Positions 10,435-20,994 are shown, numbered from the stretch's first letter. The stretch is 64,000 bases of DNA from Nitrospiraceae bacterium (GCA_050246315.1 JBFWWG010000001.1:96001-160000); one strand, 5' to 3'. The notes: generated from the letters alone by a model not told the origin. Numbers and translations are program-made.

Positions 10435-12405
10435 ATGTTCGACTGGTTGGTTCTGCTGATCCCCATCTTTCCCCTAGTCGCGGCGATCGTCAACGGTCTG
10501 CTCGGCAGCCGGTATTCGCACCATACGGCCGCGCGGCTGGCCTGCGGCTCCGTGTTCCTGTCGTTCCTCTGCGTCGTCGCCGTCTTCGCGGACGTGCTGA
10601 GCACCGGCGGCGCCCGCGACGTCGTCGCGTATCAATGGATCTTCGGCGGAGATCTCAATATCAATCTCGCCTATCTGATCGATCCGCTGACCTGCATCAT
10701 GCTGCTCGTCGTGACCGGGGTGGGCTTTCTGATCCACCTTTATTCGGTCGGCTACATGCACGGCGAAGACGGGTTCACGCGCTTCTTCACGTACATGAAC
10801 CTGTTCATGGTCTCCATGTTGCTTCTCGTGATGGGGAACAATTATGTCGTGCTGTTCATCGGATGGGAAGGCGTGGGACTCTGCTCCTACCTGTTGATCG
10901 GCTACTACTACGAGAAGGTCTCGGCCGCCAAGGCGGCAACCAAGGCCTTCGTGGTCAACCGGATCGGCGACGCGGGCTTTCTCCTGGCCATCTTCCTCGT
11001 CTTCGTGAATTTCAAGACGCTGGATTACACCACGGTGTTGGCGCAGGCCAGCCAGATTTCTCCGGAAATGGCGACAGCGATCGCCCTCTGCCTCTTGATC
11101 GGAGCGGTCGGCAAATCTGCGCAGATTCCCCTGTACACCTGGTTACCCGATGCGATGGAAGGTCCCACCCCGGTGAGCGCGCTCATTCACGCTGCCACCA
11201 TGGTTACGGCGGGAGTCTACATGATCGTCCGCAACCACGTGTTTTACGACATGTCGCCGACCGCGATGACCACCGTAGGCCTCATCGGCGGCTCGACGGC
11301 CCTCTTCGCCGCCACGATCGGCTTGGTGCAGACCGACATCAAGCGCGTGCTCGCCTACTCCACGGTAAGCCAGCTCGGGTACATGTTCTTGGGTTGCGGC
11401 GTCGGAGCCTATGCGGCAGCCATTTTTCACCTGATGACCCATGCCTTCTTCAAGGCTCTGCTGTTTCTCTCAGCCGGTTCCGTCATTCACGCGCTCCAAG
11501 GGGAGCAGGATATCCGCAAGATGGGCGGGTTGCATTCGAAGATTCCCTGGACGCATCGCGTGTTTCTCATCGGGACGCTGGCAATCGCGGGGATCTTCCC
11601 CTTTGCCGGTTTCTGGAGCAAGGACGAGATTATGGCCCATGCCTTCTCCCATCATCACTATCTCCTGTACGGGATGGCGGCCCTGGGGGCCTTGCTCACG
11701 TCCTTCTATATGTTCCGCCTGACCTACCTGACATTTTATGGGGAATCGCGGGTGGACCACCACACGCTGGACCATGCCCATGAGTCTCCGCCGGTCATGC
11801 TCGGCCCGCTGTTCGTCTTAGCCGCCTTGTCGCTGGTGGGCGGCCTGCCCGGAATCCCGCCGGAACACGGGTGGTTCCATCGCTTTCTCAGTCCGGTGAC
11901 GGGCTCAGGAGGAGGAGAGCATGAAGTCGGCGCCGGCCTCACGATCATGCTCATGGGCGTGGCCACCGTGATTGCCCTGTTGGGCTGGCTGCTGGCCCAC
12001 TTCCTTTACACCGTGAAACCAGGAACGGCCGACACGTGGGCGGCTCGATCGCCGGGGCTCTATGCCGCGCTGTTGAACAAATGGTACGTCGATGAGATTT
12101 ACGACGCGGTGTTCGTCGAACCGATGAAGCGGCTGGGACTCGTCTGGGACTGGGTCGACCGAACGGTGATCGACGGGATCGTCCGCGGCGTCGGACGCGC
12201 GACCGAATTGACTGCGGCCGGCAGCACTTGGACCGAAAAGTACGTGATCTACGGATTCCTCAACATTGTCGGGTACGCCAACCACCTGATGGCGCGCTCC
12301 TGGCGGAAACTGCAAAGCGGCCTCGTGCATCATTATGCCGCCATCATCGTGGCCGGACTGTTTGTGATCGTCCATCTCGTGCTGATCTGGTGGAACGCAT
12401 CCTAA
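10435..12405 (+). CDS. nuoL: Complex I subunit L with extended lateral helix
   Basis: GWEGVGLCSYLLIG, GKSAQIPLYTWLPDAMEGPTPVSALIHAATMV. Confidence 0.97.
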   Translation: MFDWLVLLIPIFPLVAAIVNGLLGSRYSHHTAARLACGSVFLSFLCVVAVFADVLSTGGARDVVAYQWIFGGDLNINLAYLIDPLTCIMLLVVTGVGFLIHLYSVGYMHGEDGFTRFFTYMNLFMVSMLLLVMGNNYVVLFIGWEGVGLCSYLLIGYYYEKVSAAKAATKAFVVNRIGDAGFLLAIFLVFVNFKTLDYTTVLAQASQISPEMATAIALCLLIGAVGKSAQIPLYTWLPDAMEGPTPVSALIHAATMVTAGVYMIVRNHVFYDMSPTAMTTVGLIGGSTALFAATIGLVQTDIKRVLAYSTVSQLGYMFLGCGVGAYAAAIFHLMTHAFFKALLFLSAGSVIHALQGEQDIRKMGGLHSKIPWTHRVFLIGTLAIAGIFPFAGFWSKDEIMAHAFSHHHYLLYGMAALGALLTSFYMFRLTYLTFYGESRVDHHTLDHAHESPPVMLGPLFVLAALSLVGGLPGIPPEHGWFHRFLSPVTGSGGGEHEVGAGLTIMLMGVATVIALLGWLLAHFLYTVKPGTADTWAARSPGLYAALLNKWYVDEIYDAVFVEPMKRLGLVWDWVDRTVIDGIVRGVGRATELTAAGSTWTEKYVIYGFLNIVGYANHLMARSWRKLQSGLVHHYAAIIVAGLFVIVHLVLIWWNAS

Positions 12406-12456
12406 CGAAATCATGCGCATGACGAGGATATTCACGACTGGAAGCGAGCCGATCTA

Positions 12457-14016
12457 ATGCTGGAAGAGCTGTCGTTCAATTTCCCCATTTTGTCCTGCCT
12501 CTTGGTCGTCCCGTTGCTGGGGGCGCTCGTGCTGTGGTTCCTGGACGACGAGGAGATGGTGAAGGCCGTCGGCCTCGGTGTGTCCCTGTTGGAGCTGGCG
12601 CTGGCCATCGTCGTGCTCGTGCATTTTGTGCCTGATTCGCCAGCCATGCAGTTCGTCGAGCGTGTCCCATGGATCGCCCCGCTCGGCGTCAGCTACCACC
12701 TGGGGGTGGACGGTATCAGCGTGCTCTTCGTCGGCGTGACCGCCTTCCTGACCACGCTCGTCATCGTGTATTCCTGGGACCAGGTGCGGCACAAGATGCG
12801 CCTCTATTTGATGGCCTTGCTGGCCCTCGAAACGGCAACGATGGGTGTGTTCGTCAGCCTGGACCTCTTCGTCTTTTTTGTGTTCTGGGAGTTGCTGCTG
12901 ATTCCCAGCTACTTCCTGATCAAGCTCTGGGGTGGAGGCGCAGAGCGTCAATATGCCGCCCTGAAGTTCACGCTCTATACACTCTTGGGCAGCGTCTTCA
13001 TGCTCGTGGGAATCGCGCTCCTCGACCTCAACTACCACAGTTGGGCGGTGCGCAGTCATATCGAGCCGGCCTACTCCTTCGATTTTCTCGAACTCCTGCA
13101 GGCCCCGATCTCGGTCAATAAACAAATTCTGATCTTCTGGCTGCTGTTCCTGGGCTTCGCCTTCAAGGCACCACTGTTTCCCTTCCACACCTGGCTGCCG
13201 GATGCCCTGCTGGAAGGTCCGATCGGCATGGCGGTCATGCTGGCCGGGGTCAAGCTCGGCACCTATGGATTCCTCCGGTTCAGCCTCCCGTTGCTGCCCG
13301 AAGCCTCCAAGCACGACAGTGTGGTGACCATCATGATGGTGCTGGCCCTGTCCGGCATTGTCTATGGCGCCATCGTGGCGCTCATCCAGCCTGATTTCAG
13401 GCGACTGCTGGCCTTCAGCAGCGTCAGCCACTTGGGATTCGTCGCGGTCGGGGCCTTCGCGCTGAACTACCAGGGAATTCAAGGCAGCCTCTTGACGATG
13501 ATCAACCTGGGCTTCAGCACGGCGGGACTCTTCTTCGTGGCGGGATTTCTGTATGCCAGAAGACAGAGCACCCATCTGTCGTCGTTTGGCGGTCTTGCCA
13601 AACAGGCTCCGCTACTCGCGACCTTCCTGCTGATCATTGGATTGGCCTCGATCGGGCTGCCCGGGACGAATGGGTTCGTCGGCGAATTCTTGATCCTCAT
13701 GGGCGCCTTCAAAGCCTATTGGCTGTACGGCGCCATCGCGGTCACCGGCGTCATCACCGGGGCGGCCTATTTCCTGTGGTATTACGAGCGGTCCATGTTG
13801 GGCCCGCTCGGCAAGGGCCTGGCTCAGGCGGTACCTGATCTCAAGTTGGGAGAAGTGGTCATCAGCGTCTCACTGACGATCATGATCATCTGGATCGGCC
13901 TGTATCCTTCTCCCTTCCTACGCATGATGAACGGCTCCGTCCAAGCGCTCGTCGACCGCTTGGACCGAGGCACCGTCACCATGATCGATGCCACGCGGCA
14001 TTCGATGCGAGACTAG
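12457..14016 (+). CDS. nuoM: Complex I subunit M, copy 1
   Basis: FWELLLIPSYFLI, FAFKAPLFPFHTWLPDA, SSVSHLG. Confidence 0.93.
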   Translation: MLEELSFNFPILSCLLVVPLLGALVLWFLDDEEMVKAVGLGVSLLELALAIVVLVHFVPDSPAMQFVERVPWIAPLGVSYHLGVDGISVLFVGVTAFLTTLVIVYSWDQVRHKMRLYLMALLALETATMGVFVSLDLFVFFVFWELLLIPSYFLIKLWGGGAERQYAALKFTLYTLLGSVFMLVGIALLDLNYHSWAVRSHIEPAYSFDFLELLQAPISVNKQILIFWLLFLGFAFKAPLFPFHTWLPDALLEGPIGMAVMLAGVKLGTYGFLRFSLPLLPEASKHDSVVTIMMVLALSGIVYGAIVALIQPDFRRLLAFSSVSHLGFVAVGAFALNYQGIQGSLLTMINLGFSTAGLFFVAGFLYARRQSTHLSSFGGLAKQAPLLATFLLIIGLASIGLPGTNGFVGEFLILMGAFKAYWLYGAIAVTGVITGAAYFLWYYERSMLGPLGKGLAQAVPDLKLGEVVISVSLTIMIIWIGLYPSPFLRMMNGSVQALVDRLDRGTVTMIDATRHSMRD

Positions 14017-14022
14017 GGACTC

Positions 14023-15678
14023 ATGGCTGATTACGCGCTGCTGTACATTTTGTTCGCTCCGTTTCTCGGCGTCATCGCGCTCATCTTCACCCCTGAGCGC
14101 CAGACGCTCCTCATCCGGAGTATCGCGGCCTGCGCGGCCGGCATCAGCCTCCTGGCCTCGTTCTATATATTTTTCGCCTATGACCCGGCCAAGGGCGGCT
14201 TTCAGTTCGTCCAGCGGTACGAGTGGTCTCGCGAACTGGGCATCGCGTTTTATCTCGGCGTGGACGGCATCGGCACCCCGCTGGTGCTGGCCTCCTGCAT
14301 TTTGCTCTTCGCCGGCATTTTCGTGTCGTGGCACATCAAGGACCGAGTGAAGCAATTCTATAGCTGGCTGCTGATCCTCGCGGCCGCCACGATCGGCGTC
14401 TTCATGTCGCTCGACCTCTTCTTCCTGTACTTCTTCTACGAAATGTCTGTCATTCCCATGTATCTGCTCTTGGGCATGTGGGGGAGCCACACCAAGAAAT
14501 ACCTCGAAATGACGGATCCGGATGGCTTAAAGAAGCGCGATTCGGTCGGGTTCATCTTCAATTTCGCCTCGAACAGCAAAGAGTACGCCGCAATGAAGCT
14601 CGTGCTCTTCCTGTCGGCGTTTGCCGTAACCGCACTGATGGGCATTCTGCTGATCTACAAATTCTCAGGGCTCAATACCTTCGACATTCTGGAGTTGCGT
14701 GAGAAGGCCCATTTCAGCGGACCGGTTGCGACAATCATCTGGCTGTTGATCTTCTTCGGGTTTGCGTCGATCGCCCCGATTTGGCCCCTGCACTCCTGGT
14801 CGCCCGTCGGTCACGCGGCCGCCCCCGCTGCGACGAGCATGCTTCACGCCGGCGTGCTCATGAAACTCGGACATTTCTCCATCATTCGTGTCGCATTTGA
14901 AATTCTTCCGGAGACGACCCGCGAGTTGATGCCGATTGCTGCCATCCTGTCCATCTTCAGCATGCTGTACGGAGGCTTCGTCGCGTTCTATGCCAAGGAC
15001 ACCAAGTACGTCATCGGTTATTCGAGTTCCAGCCACATGGGTTATGTATTTCTTGGCATGGCGGCGCTGGACTATATCAGCCTGAGCGGAGCGGTCATCT
15101 ATATGTTTGCCCACGCCTTGGCCACCAGCATGCTCTTCGCCATGGCCGGTTGGGTCTACGACCAAACCCACACGCGAGACATTCCGTCGTTGGGAGGACT
15201 GGTCAACCGCATGCCGTTTATCGCCGGTTGCACGATCGTGGCCTGTATGGCCTCCGTCGGCATGCCGGGCACGGTGAACTTCATTGCCGAGGTTATGATC
15301 ATCGTCGGGAGTTGGAACAAGTACCCGCTGCAAGTGATTGTGGCCGTCATCGGCATCGTCCTGACCATGGGTTATCTCTTCCGTATGATGCGCGCGGTCT
15401 TCTACGGCCCCATGGACCAACACCATAGCCACGCGCACGACGCCGTCGCGGCCGTGGACCGGGTGCCCTTCTTCCTGATGATGGCCTGCAGCATCGGGTT
15501 TTTCCTGTTCCCGGGGCATTTCTATTCCGTCGTCCGCTCGGGAGTCGATCCGCTGGTCGCGCGGATTTCTAAGGTGGTGCCCGTGGCCACCATCGAGCCC
15601 TCCGCTGAACGAACCGTTGAGCTTGCGCAGTCTCCGACTGGAGCCGGTGCCTTACGCCGGGAGGCCGGGCGGCCATGA
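14023..15678 (+). CDS. nuoM: Complex I subunit M, copy 2 (divergent)
   Basis: FFYEMSVIPMYLL, PLHSWSPVGHAAAP, AGVLMKLG, YSSSSHMG. Confidence 0.9.
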   Translation: MADYALLYILFAPFLGVIALIFTPERQTLLIRSIAACAAGISLLASFYIFFAYDPAKGGFQFVQRYEWSRELGIAFYLGVDGIGTPLVLASCILLFAGIFVSWHIKDRVKQFYSWLLILAAATIGVFMSLDLFFLYFFYEMSVIPMYLLLGMWGSHTKKYLEMTDPDGLKKRDSVGFIFNFASNSKEYAAMKLVLFLSAFAVTALMGILLIYKFSGLNTFDILELREKAHFSGPVATIIWLLIFFGFASIAPIWPLHSWSPVGHAAAPAATSMLHAGVLMKLGHFSIIRVAFEILPETTRELMPIAAILSIFSMLYGGFVAFYAKDTKYVIGYSSSSHMGYVFLGMAALDYISLSGAVIYMFAHALATSMLFAMAGWVYDQTHTRDIPSLGGLVNRMPFIAGCTIVACMASVGMPGTVNFIAEVMIIVGSWNKYPLQVIVAVIGIVLTMGYLFRMMRAVFYGPMDQHHSHAHDAVAAVDRVPFFLMMACSIGFFLFPGHFYSVVRSGVDPLVARISKVVPVATIEPSAERTVELAQSPTGAGALRREAGRP

Positions 15679-17168
15679 CGTTTTCACTCTCCTTATCCCT
15701 CTCAGACCTGCTCTTGCTGCTGCCGGAGATCGTGCTGACGCTTTGGGTTTGCGCGATCCTGGCGGTCGATTTCGTCTGGCCGAGGCTGCCCAAGGTTCAC
15801 ATCGCCTCGTTGAGTGTTCTATCGCTGGTCAGCACCCTCGCCTGCCTGGTTTGGCTCGACCTCTCACACGTGACGGGAGCCCTGTTCCGCAATATGTTCG
15901 TGCTCGACCGGATGGCGATCTTCTTCAAGATCTTCATCATGGCCGCCACCCTCCTGGTGGTGCTGGCCTCAATCGAATACATCCGCAAGTTTCGCTTTTT
16001 TCGCGGGGAGTATTACTTCCTGTTGCTCATGTCGGCACTCGGCATGATGTTCATGGCCTCCGCCAACGACCTGCTCTCCCTGTTTGTGACGCTGGAGTTT
16101 TCGACCTTCGGCTTCTATGTGCTCGTCTCGTATTTGCGCGACGACCTGGCCTCCAACGAATCGGGCATCAAATTCTTTATCCTGGGCGTGTTCGCCGCCG
16201 GCCTATTGGCCTACGGGATCAGCCTCGTCTACGGCGAAACCGGCAAGATCGTCTTCTCCGATATGATGGGATCTGAAGCCACACCGGGGCTGATTGTAGG
16301 CTACCTGCTGATTTTTGCTGCCCTGGGTTTCAAGATCGGCGCGGTCCCGTTCCACTCCTGGATTCCGGACACGTACCATGGGGCGCCCACTCCGGTGACG
16401 GCCTTTCTCTCCATCGCCCCGAAAGGCGCAGCCCTGGCTATTTTGCTGCGCATGTTCTACATCGCGCTGGCCACGATGAAACCGGCTTGGGTCATGGTGT
16501 TGGTCGCGGTGTCCATCCTGTCGATGACCTACGCCAACATCGTGGCGATCGCTCAGCGCAATATCAAACGCCTGCTGGCCTACTCCGGGATCGCACAGAT
16601 CGGAAACGTGCTGATCGGGTTGGCGGCTGGCTCGAAGATGGGTGAGGATGCCATCCTGTTCTATCTCTTGACGTACCTGTTCGCCAACATGGGCGCCTTT
16701 GCCGTGATCATCACCGTCGGCAACCTGACCGGCAGCGACGAGATCGAGGATTACAGCGGCTTGAACCGCCGCTCGCCGTTCCTGGCGTTTGCGATGCTGT
16801 TATTTCTGCTGTCGCTGGCCGGGGTGCCTCCTCTCGCCGGGTTTATCGGCAAGCTCTATATTTTTGTCGCGGCCATCAAGGAAGGCCTGTACACCTTGAT
16901 CGCCGTTGGATTGATCAACGTCGTCATCTCCATGTACTACTATCTGGTCGTCGTCAAGAAGATGTACATCAACGAGCCGATCGATCCGACGCCGCTGCGG
17001 GTGCCCGGATCAATGCAGGCCGTGTTGTATATCGGCCTCGCCGGCACCCTCGCGCTCGGGATCTACCCGCAGCCGATCATCGACTGGGTGGTCTCCGCCA
17101 CGCTCATGTTTTCCAACCTTGCCGGCTCGATCGCCCAATCGACTCCGCCGACAATACCAGGGGGATGA
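15675..17168 (+). CDS. nuoN: Complex I subunit N
   Basis: GFKIGAVPFHSWIPDTYHGAPTPVTAFLS, NIKRLLAYSGI, SLAGVPPLAGF. Confidence 0.96.
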   Translation: MTFSLSLSLSDLLLLLPEIVLTLWVCAILAVDFVWPRLPKVHIASLSVLSLVSTLACLVWLDLSHVTGALFRNMFVLDRMAIFFKIFIMAATLLVVLASIEYIRKFRFFRGEYYFLLLMSALGMMFMASANDLLSLFVTLEFSTFGFYVLVSYLRDDLASNESGIKFFILGVFAAGLLAYGISLVYGETGKIVFSDMMGSEATPGLIVGYLLIFAALGFKIGAVPFHSWIPDTYHGAPTPVTAFLSIAPKGAALAILLRMFYIALATMKPAWVMVLVAVSILSMTYANIVAIAQRNIKRLLAYSGIAQIGNVLIGLAAGSKMGEDAILFYLLTYLFANMGAFAVIITVGNLTGSDEIEDYSGLNRRSPFLAFAMLLFLLSLAGVPPLAGFIGKLYIFVAAIKEGLYTLIAVGLINVVISMYYYLVVVKKMYINEPIDPTPLRVPGSMQAVLYIGLAGTLALGIYPQPIIDWVVSATLMFSNLAGSIAQSTPPTIPGG

Positions 17169-17392
17169 GCGTTCCGCTTTTCACCGCGGTACCTCTCTCG
17201 CCATCGCGTCCACGTCCCCGCACGGCCGCTGCGCAAAACGAGAAATCCATCAGGGTTCAGACCCCGCTCTGCTAGAATACCCACCGATCGGATCCAGCCG
17301 GCGCTTTGCACCCGGTCGCCGCGTGTCCCCTCGGCCATGATCGTCGCTCCGAAGAGCGGCCGCGCGTCCTCCGTGTTTCGGTCGACGCACCC

Positions 17393-18802
17393 ATGCGCAT
17401 CCCATACCGCAATCCGTTTGCCCAGTGGTCCATTCATCATCTCATGTTGCTCGGCTTCGGATTGGTGTTCTTTGTCGTCGGCACCATCAGTCTCCTGGTC
17501 TATCGCAACACCTCCCATCTCATCAGCAACGCCAGACACGACGCCAGAAGCCAACGCCTGGTCAAGGGACTCGACGATCTGCTGGCGCTGTTGGAGGAAG
17601 CCGAACGTAGTTCCCGTCGCTATTTCGTTACCGGCGACGACAGTTATTTGGAGGCTCACCAGACCGCGGTCGAATTGGCTCCGGCCTATGTGCTGACGTT
17701 TCAGGAGTCCGTCCGGGAGAGTCCCGTGCAGCAGGAACGAGTTCTCTCGCTCGAAACCCGTATTAAGCGCGTGCTCGATGTCGAGCGGGCCGGCATCGCT
17801 CAACGAAAGAAGCATGGGTATCAAGGGGTACGTCCGCTGGTGTCCGGACGGGACGCCAACCGCGAACTGGAGGGGGTACGGCTCATCGTGTCCGAGATCA
17901 GCCGTGAAGAAAGCGCAACGACCGAACGTCGGGCCCATGACTCCGCAGCCAGTACCCACCTGAACATATGGCTTTTGGGCGGGGGCACCTTGTTGCAGTG
18001 GGTGCTCCTGTCATCGGTCTACTACCTCATCAGGCATGACCTCGCTGAACGGGAGCGGGTGGCCAGGGAACTCGCTCGCAGGGGCGAATTACTCGAAGCG
18101 GCCAACAAGGAACTGGAGGCCTTTAGCTATTCCGTGTCGCACGATTTGAGGGCCCCGCTCCGCCACATCGACGGCTATGTCGCGTTGTTGGACAAGGCCG
18201 CTGGCCAGGATCTCCCCGAAAAAGCCCGCCGCTACCTCACGACCATTTCCCAGGCCGCCAAACAAATGGGGCAGTTGATCGATGACCTCCTCAGCTTCTC
18301 GCGCATGGGACGGGCGGAGATGATGACGACCAACGTGGACATCAATCAACTTGTGAAGGACGTGATTCAGCATCTGCAACCGGACCTACAGGGGCGCAAC
18401 ATCGCCTGGCAGATCGATGACCTGCCGGTCGTCCAAGGCGATCCCTCCATGTTGCGTCAGATCTTCGTGAATCTGATCGCCAACGCGGTCAAGTTCACGG
18501 GCACGCGACCGTTGGCCCGGATCGAGATCGGAACCGAGTCGTCCTCGCCGCAAGACACAGTCATCTTCGTGAAGGATAACGGCGTGGGGTTCGACATGGC
18601 CTACCGCGACAAGCTGTTCGGCGTCTTTCAGCGGCTCCACCGGGCTGAGGAATTCGAGGGAACCGGAATCGGGCTCGCCAACGTTCGGAGGATCATCCAC
18701 CGGCACGGCGGCAGAAGTTGGGCGGAGGGGCATCCCGACCAGGGCGCCACCTTCTATATCGCTCTTCCCAAGCATCAAACTCCATTGAGGATCGCGGCAT
18801 GA
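17393..18802 (+). CDS. CHASE3-type membrane sensor histidine kinase
   Basis: Two TMs flanking a helical periplasmic domain (EAERSSRRYFVTGDDSYL); H-box ELEAFSYSVSHDLRAPLR; DNGVGF and GTGIGLA boxes. Start uncertain (17306-17393). Confidence 0.85.
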   Translation: MRIPYRNPFAQWSIHHLMLLGFGLVFFVVGTISLLVYRNTSHLISNARHDARSQRLVKGLDDLLALLEEAERSSRRYFVTGDDSYLEAHQTAVELAPAYVLTFQESVRESPVQQERVLSLETRIKRVLDVERAGIAQRKKHGYQGVRPLVSGRDANRELEGVRLIVSEISREESATTERRAHDSAASTHLNIWLLGGGTLLQWVLLSSVYYLIRHDLAERERVARELARRGELLEAANKELEAFSYSVSHDLRAPLRHIDGYVALLDKAAGQDLPEKARRYLTTISQAAKQMGQLIDDLLSFSRMGRAEMMTTNVDINQLVKDVIQHLQPDLQGRNIAWQIDDLPVVQGDPSMLRQIFVNLIANAVKFTGTRPLARIEIGTESSSPQDTVIFVKDNGVGFDMAYRDKLFGVFQRLHRAEEFEGTGIGLANVRRIIHRHGGRSWAEGHPDQGATFYIALPKHQTPLRIAA

Positions 18803-19257
18803 CCGTGAGCTATAAACCGATTCTACTGGCCGACGACAACCCCCATGATGCCGAGTTGGCCTTGGCCGCTATGGAAGAGCAGCGGCTCGCAGAGAAGGTG
18901 ACCCTCTGCCGGGACGGTTCGGAGGTCTTGGACTATCTCTATCGTCGAGGATCCTACGCCGTTCGTCCGGAAGGTCAACCGACGGTCATCCTGTTGGATC
19001 TCAAGATGCCCAAGATCGACGGTCTGGAGGTATTGCGCGCCATAAAATCGGATGACCTATTGAAGCGCATCCCGGTTGTTATCTTTACGTCGTCTCGGGA
19101 GAACCAGGACATCTTGCGCTGCTACGCCGTCGGCGCCAACGCGTATGTGGTGAAACCGGTGGAGTTCGAGGAATTCAGGAAGACCGTCGCAGAACTGGGC
19201 CTGTTCTGGGGCTCGATCAACGAGCCGCCGCCGGAACCTGTGCCGGCGGCTCGGTAA
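18799..19257 (+). CDS. Single-domain response regulator (Rcp1/CheY-like)
   Basis: ILLADDN, LLDLKMPKIDG, ANAYVVKP; ATGA overlap with the kinase stop. Confidence 0.9.
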   Translation: MTVSYKPILLADDNPHDAELALAAMEEQRLAEKVTLCRDGSEVLDYLYRRGSYAVRPEGQPTVILLDLKMPKIDGLEVLRAIKSDDLLKRIPVVIFTSSRENQDILRCYAVGANAYVVKPVEFEEFRKTVAELGLFWGSINEPPPEPVPAAR

Positions 19258-19470
19258 ATCCGGCGAAGCGGGAAGCCTGTTCCGTTGACCGAGCGGAAAG
19301 GCCTCTCTATACTCCTCCCGGAAGGTCCAGCCTTCGACGTACCCCCGTGTCCACCCTGTCACGCAGGCTCATCCGAGCTGCTCATGTATCGCTACCGCTC
19401 ACACCCAGCAGCGGGCAGGAATCGGCGGAAAGATCTGCGGGATGTCCTAATGGTCAAGACCGAAACAGCC

Positions 19471-20379
19471 ATGCACCATGGTGGGACACTCCTCCGCCGT
19501 GCCGCACTAATCCTGCTGCTGGTCACTCTGACTCCTGCAGCGCCGTCTGCCTCCGATGAGGATCTCAAGTGGGACACCGTGGCCGATGGGTTGGCCTTCA
19601 CAACCTGGAATCCCGAGACCACATGCGGCGAGGACATCGCCGCGGTGATCGTCCGCATCGATCCGGAGCGTTACCGGTTTGCGATCCACTATTACCAGGA
19701 CGAAGGCTTGCTGAATCCTCCCTTGATGGTGGACTGGCAGCGGCGAATCGGGGCCAGTCTGATGTTCAACGCTGGACTGTTTCGTGACGATTTTTCCTAT
19801 ATGGGGTTGCTCTACAAAGGTGGGCGGGCGCTCGGGAAGCGACGGCATCCGCAGTGGCAGGCCCTATTCGTCGCCGAGCCAACGGAAGGGGGGCGTCGAA
19901 CAGCCGGCGTGCTGGACCTGGCGTATGACGCATTCGACGAGGACCATCCCCCGTACGGAGAAGCCGCGCAATCCCTTATGGTGGTGGATAGAACCGGCAA
20001 GATCCGCGTCAGGCAATCGGGCAAGCGCGCGCACCAAACGCTCCTGGCCGAGGACGGAGCCGGCAGGATCTCCCTCATCAAGACGACAAAGCCGGCGACC
20101 CTATACGGGTTGGGAGACTGTCTTCACCGATCGTTTCCGGCCATGAAGCAGGTCATGGCCATGGACGGCGGCTCTTCCTCTGAAGTATTGGTCGGCAGTG
20201 ACCTGTTGACACAACTCAGCCGCTCCGGTTACTCGCCAGCTTGGCGATCCGCTGTCGACGGCACGGCCCGGGCTTCTCACATCCCGCTTCCGGCGGTCAT
20301 CAGCATCAGGCCGCGGACGGAGGTCGCCTCACCGTCCACGACCACCCATCCGCCGCCACAACCTTTCTCCACTCGCTGA
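19471..20379 (+). CDS. Exported phosphodiester glycosidase (NAGPA-like) family protein
   Basis: Signal peptide; FNAGLF and AMDGGSSS motifs. Start uncertain (19450/19471). Confidence 0.65.
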   Translation: MHHGGTLLRRAALILLLVTLTPAAPSASDEDLKWDTVADGLAFTTWNPETTCGEDIAAVIVRIDPERYRFAIHYYQDEGLLNPPLMVDWQRRIGASLMFNAGLFRDDFSYMGLLYKGGRALGKRRHPQWQALFVAEPTEGGRRTAGVLDLAYDAFDEDHPPYGEAAQSLMVVDRTGKIRVRQSGKRAHQTLLAEDGAGRISLIKTTKPATLYGLGDCLHRSFPAMKQVMAMDGGSSSEVLVGSDLLTQLSRSGYSPAWRSAVDGTARASHIPLPAVISIRPRTEVASPSTTTHPPPQPFSTR

Positions 20380-20394
20380 CGCCCGTGTCCGCCG

Positions 20395-20853
20395 CTACCG
20401 CCGAGGCCGGTCGACCGGATACCCCGCCTCCGCCCACGCGTTCATGCTCCCGTCAACATTGTAGACGAAACGGTATCCCAGATCGGCCAGAGTCTCCGCG
20501 GCAATATTGCTGCGATGGCCGGACTGGCAGTACACCACGATATGTTCGTCGAGCTTGGCTCCGATCTGCTTGTGCCTGACCTTAATCTCGCGAAAATCGA
20601 TGTTCAAATCGGTGCCGGGAATGAATCCTCCCACGTGTTCTTCCGGGCTGCGGACATCAATCAAAAAGAACCCTTTCTTGTCCGGTGCCATGGCTTTCAT
20701 CAACCCCGCGCGCAATTGCTGCACCGTCAACAGATAACTATGGTAGGCGAGTCCTACGGTGGACCCGGCCACGACAATCGCCAGCACGACGCCGCCTATC
20801 AGAATCCACCCTGGCCGTTTCATGGACATCCTCCTTTCGCAGCGATTCATCAT
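20395..20853 (-). CDS. Rhodanese-like domain protein
   Basis: LIDVRSPEE..GFIPG, active loop YCQSGHRS, GSMNAW; N-terminal TM. Confidence 0.88.
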   Translation of the reverse strand: MMNRCERRMSMKRPGWILIGGVVLAIVVAGSTVGLAYHSYLLTVQQLRAGLMKAMAPDKKGFFLIDVRSPEEHVGGFIPGTDLNIDFREIKVRHKQIGAKLDEHIVVYCQSGHRSNIAAETLADLGYRFVYNVDGSMNAWAEAGYPVDRPRR

Positions 20854-20994
20854 GCCGCTGTATCAGGCAGACAGTCGATCCCGTGCAGTGGGAAACATTG
20901 CAGAATGATCCGCGCCACACAGATCCGTCGGACGTCAATCGAACCACTACCCGATCTTGTCCCGATCGGTCCCTCCGCTTATGATACGAACTCC

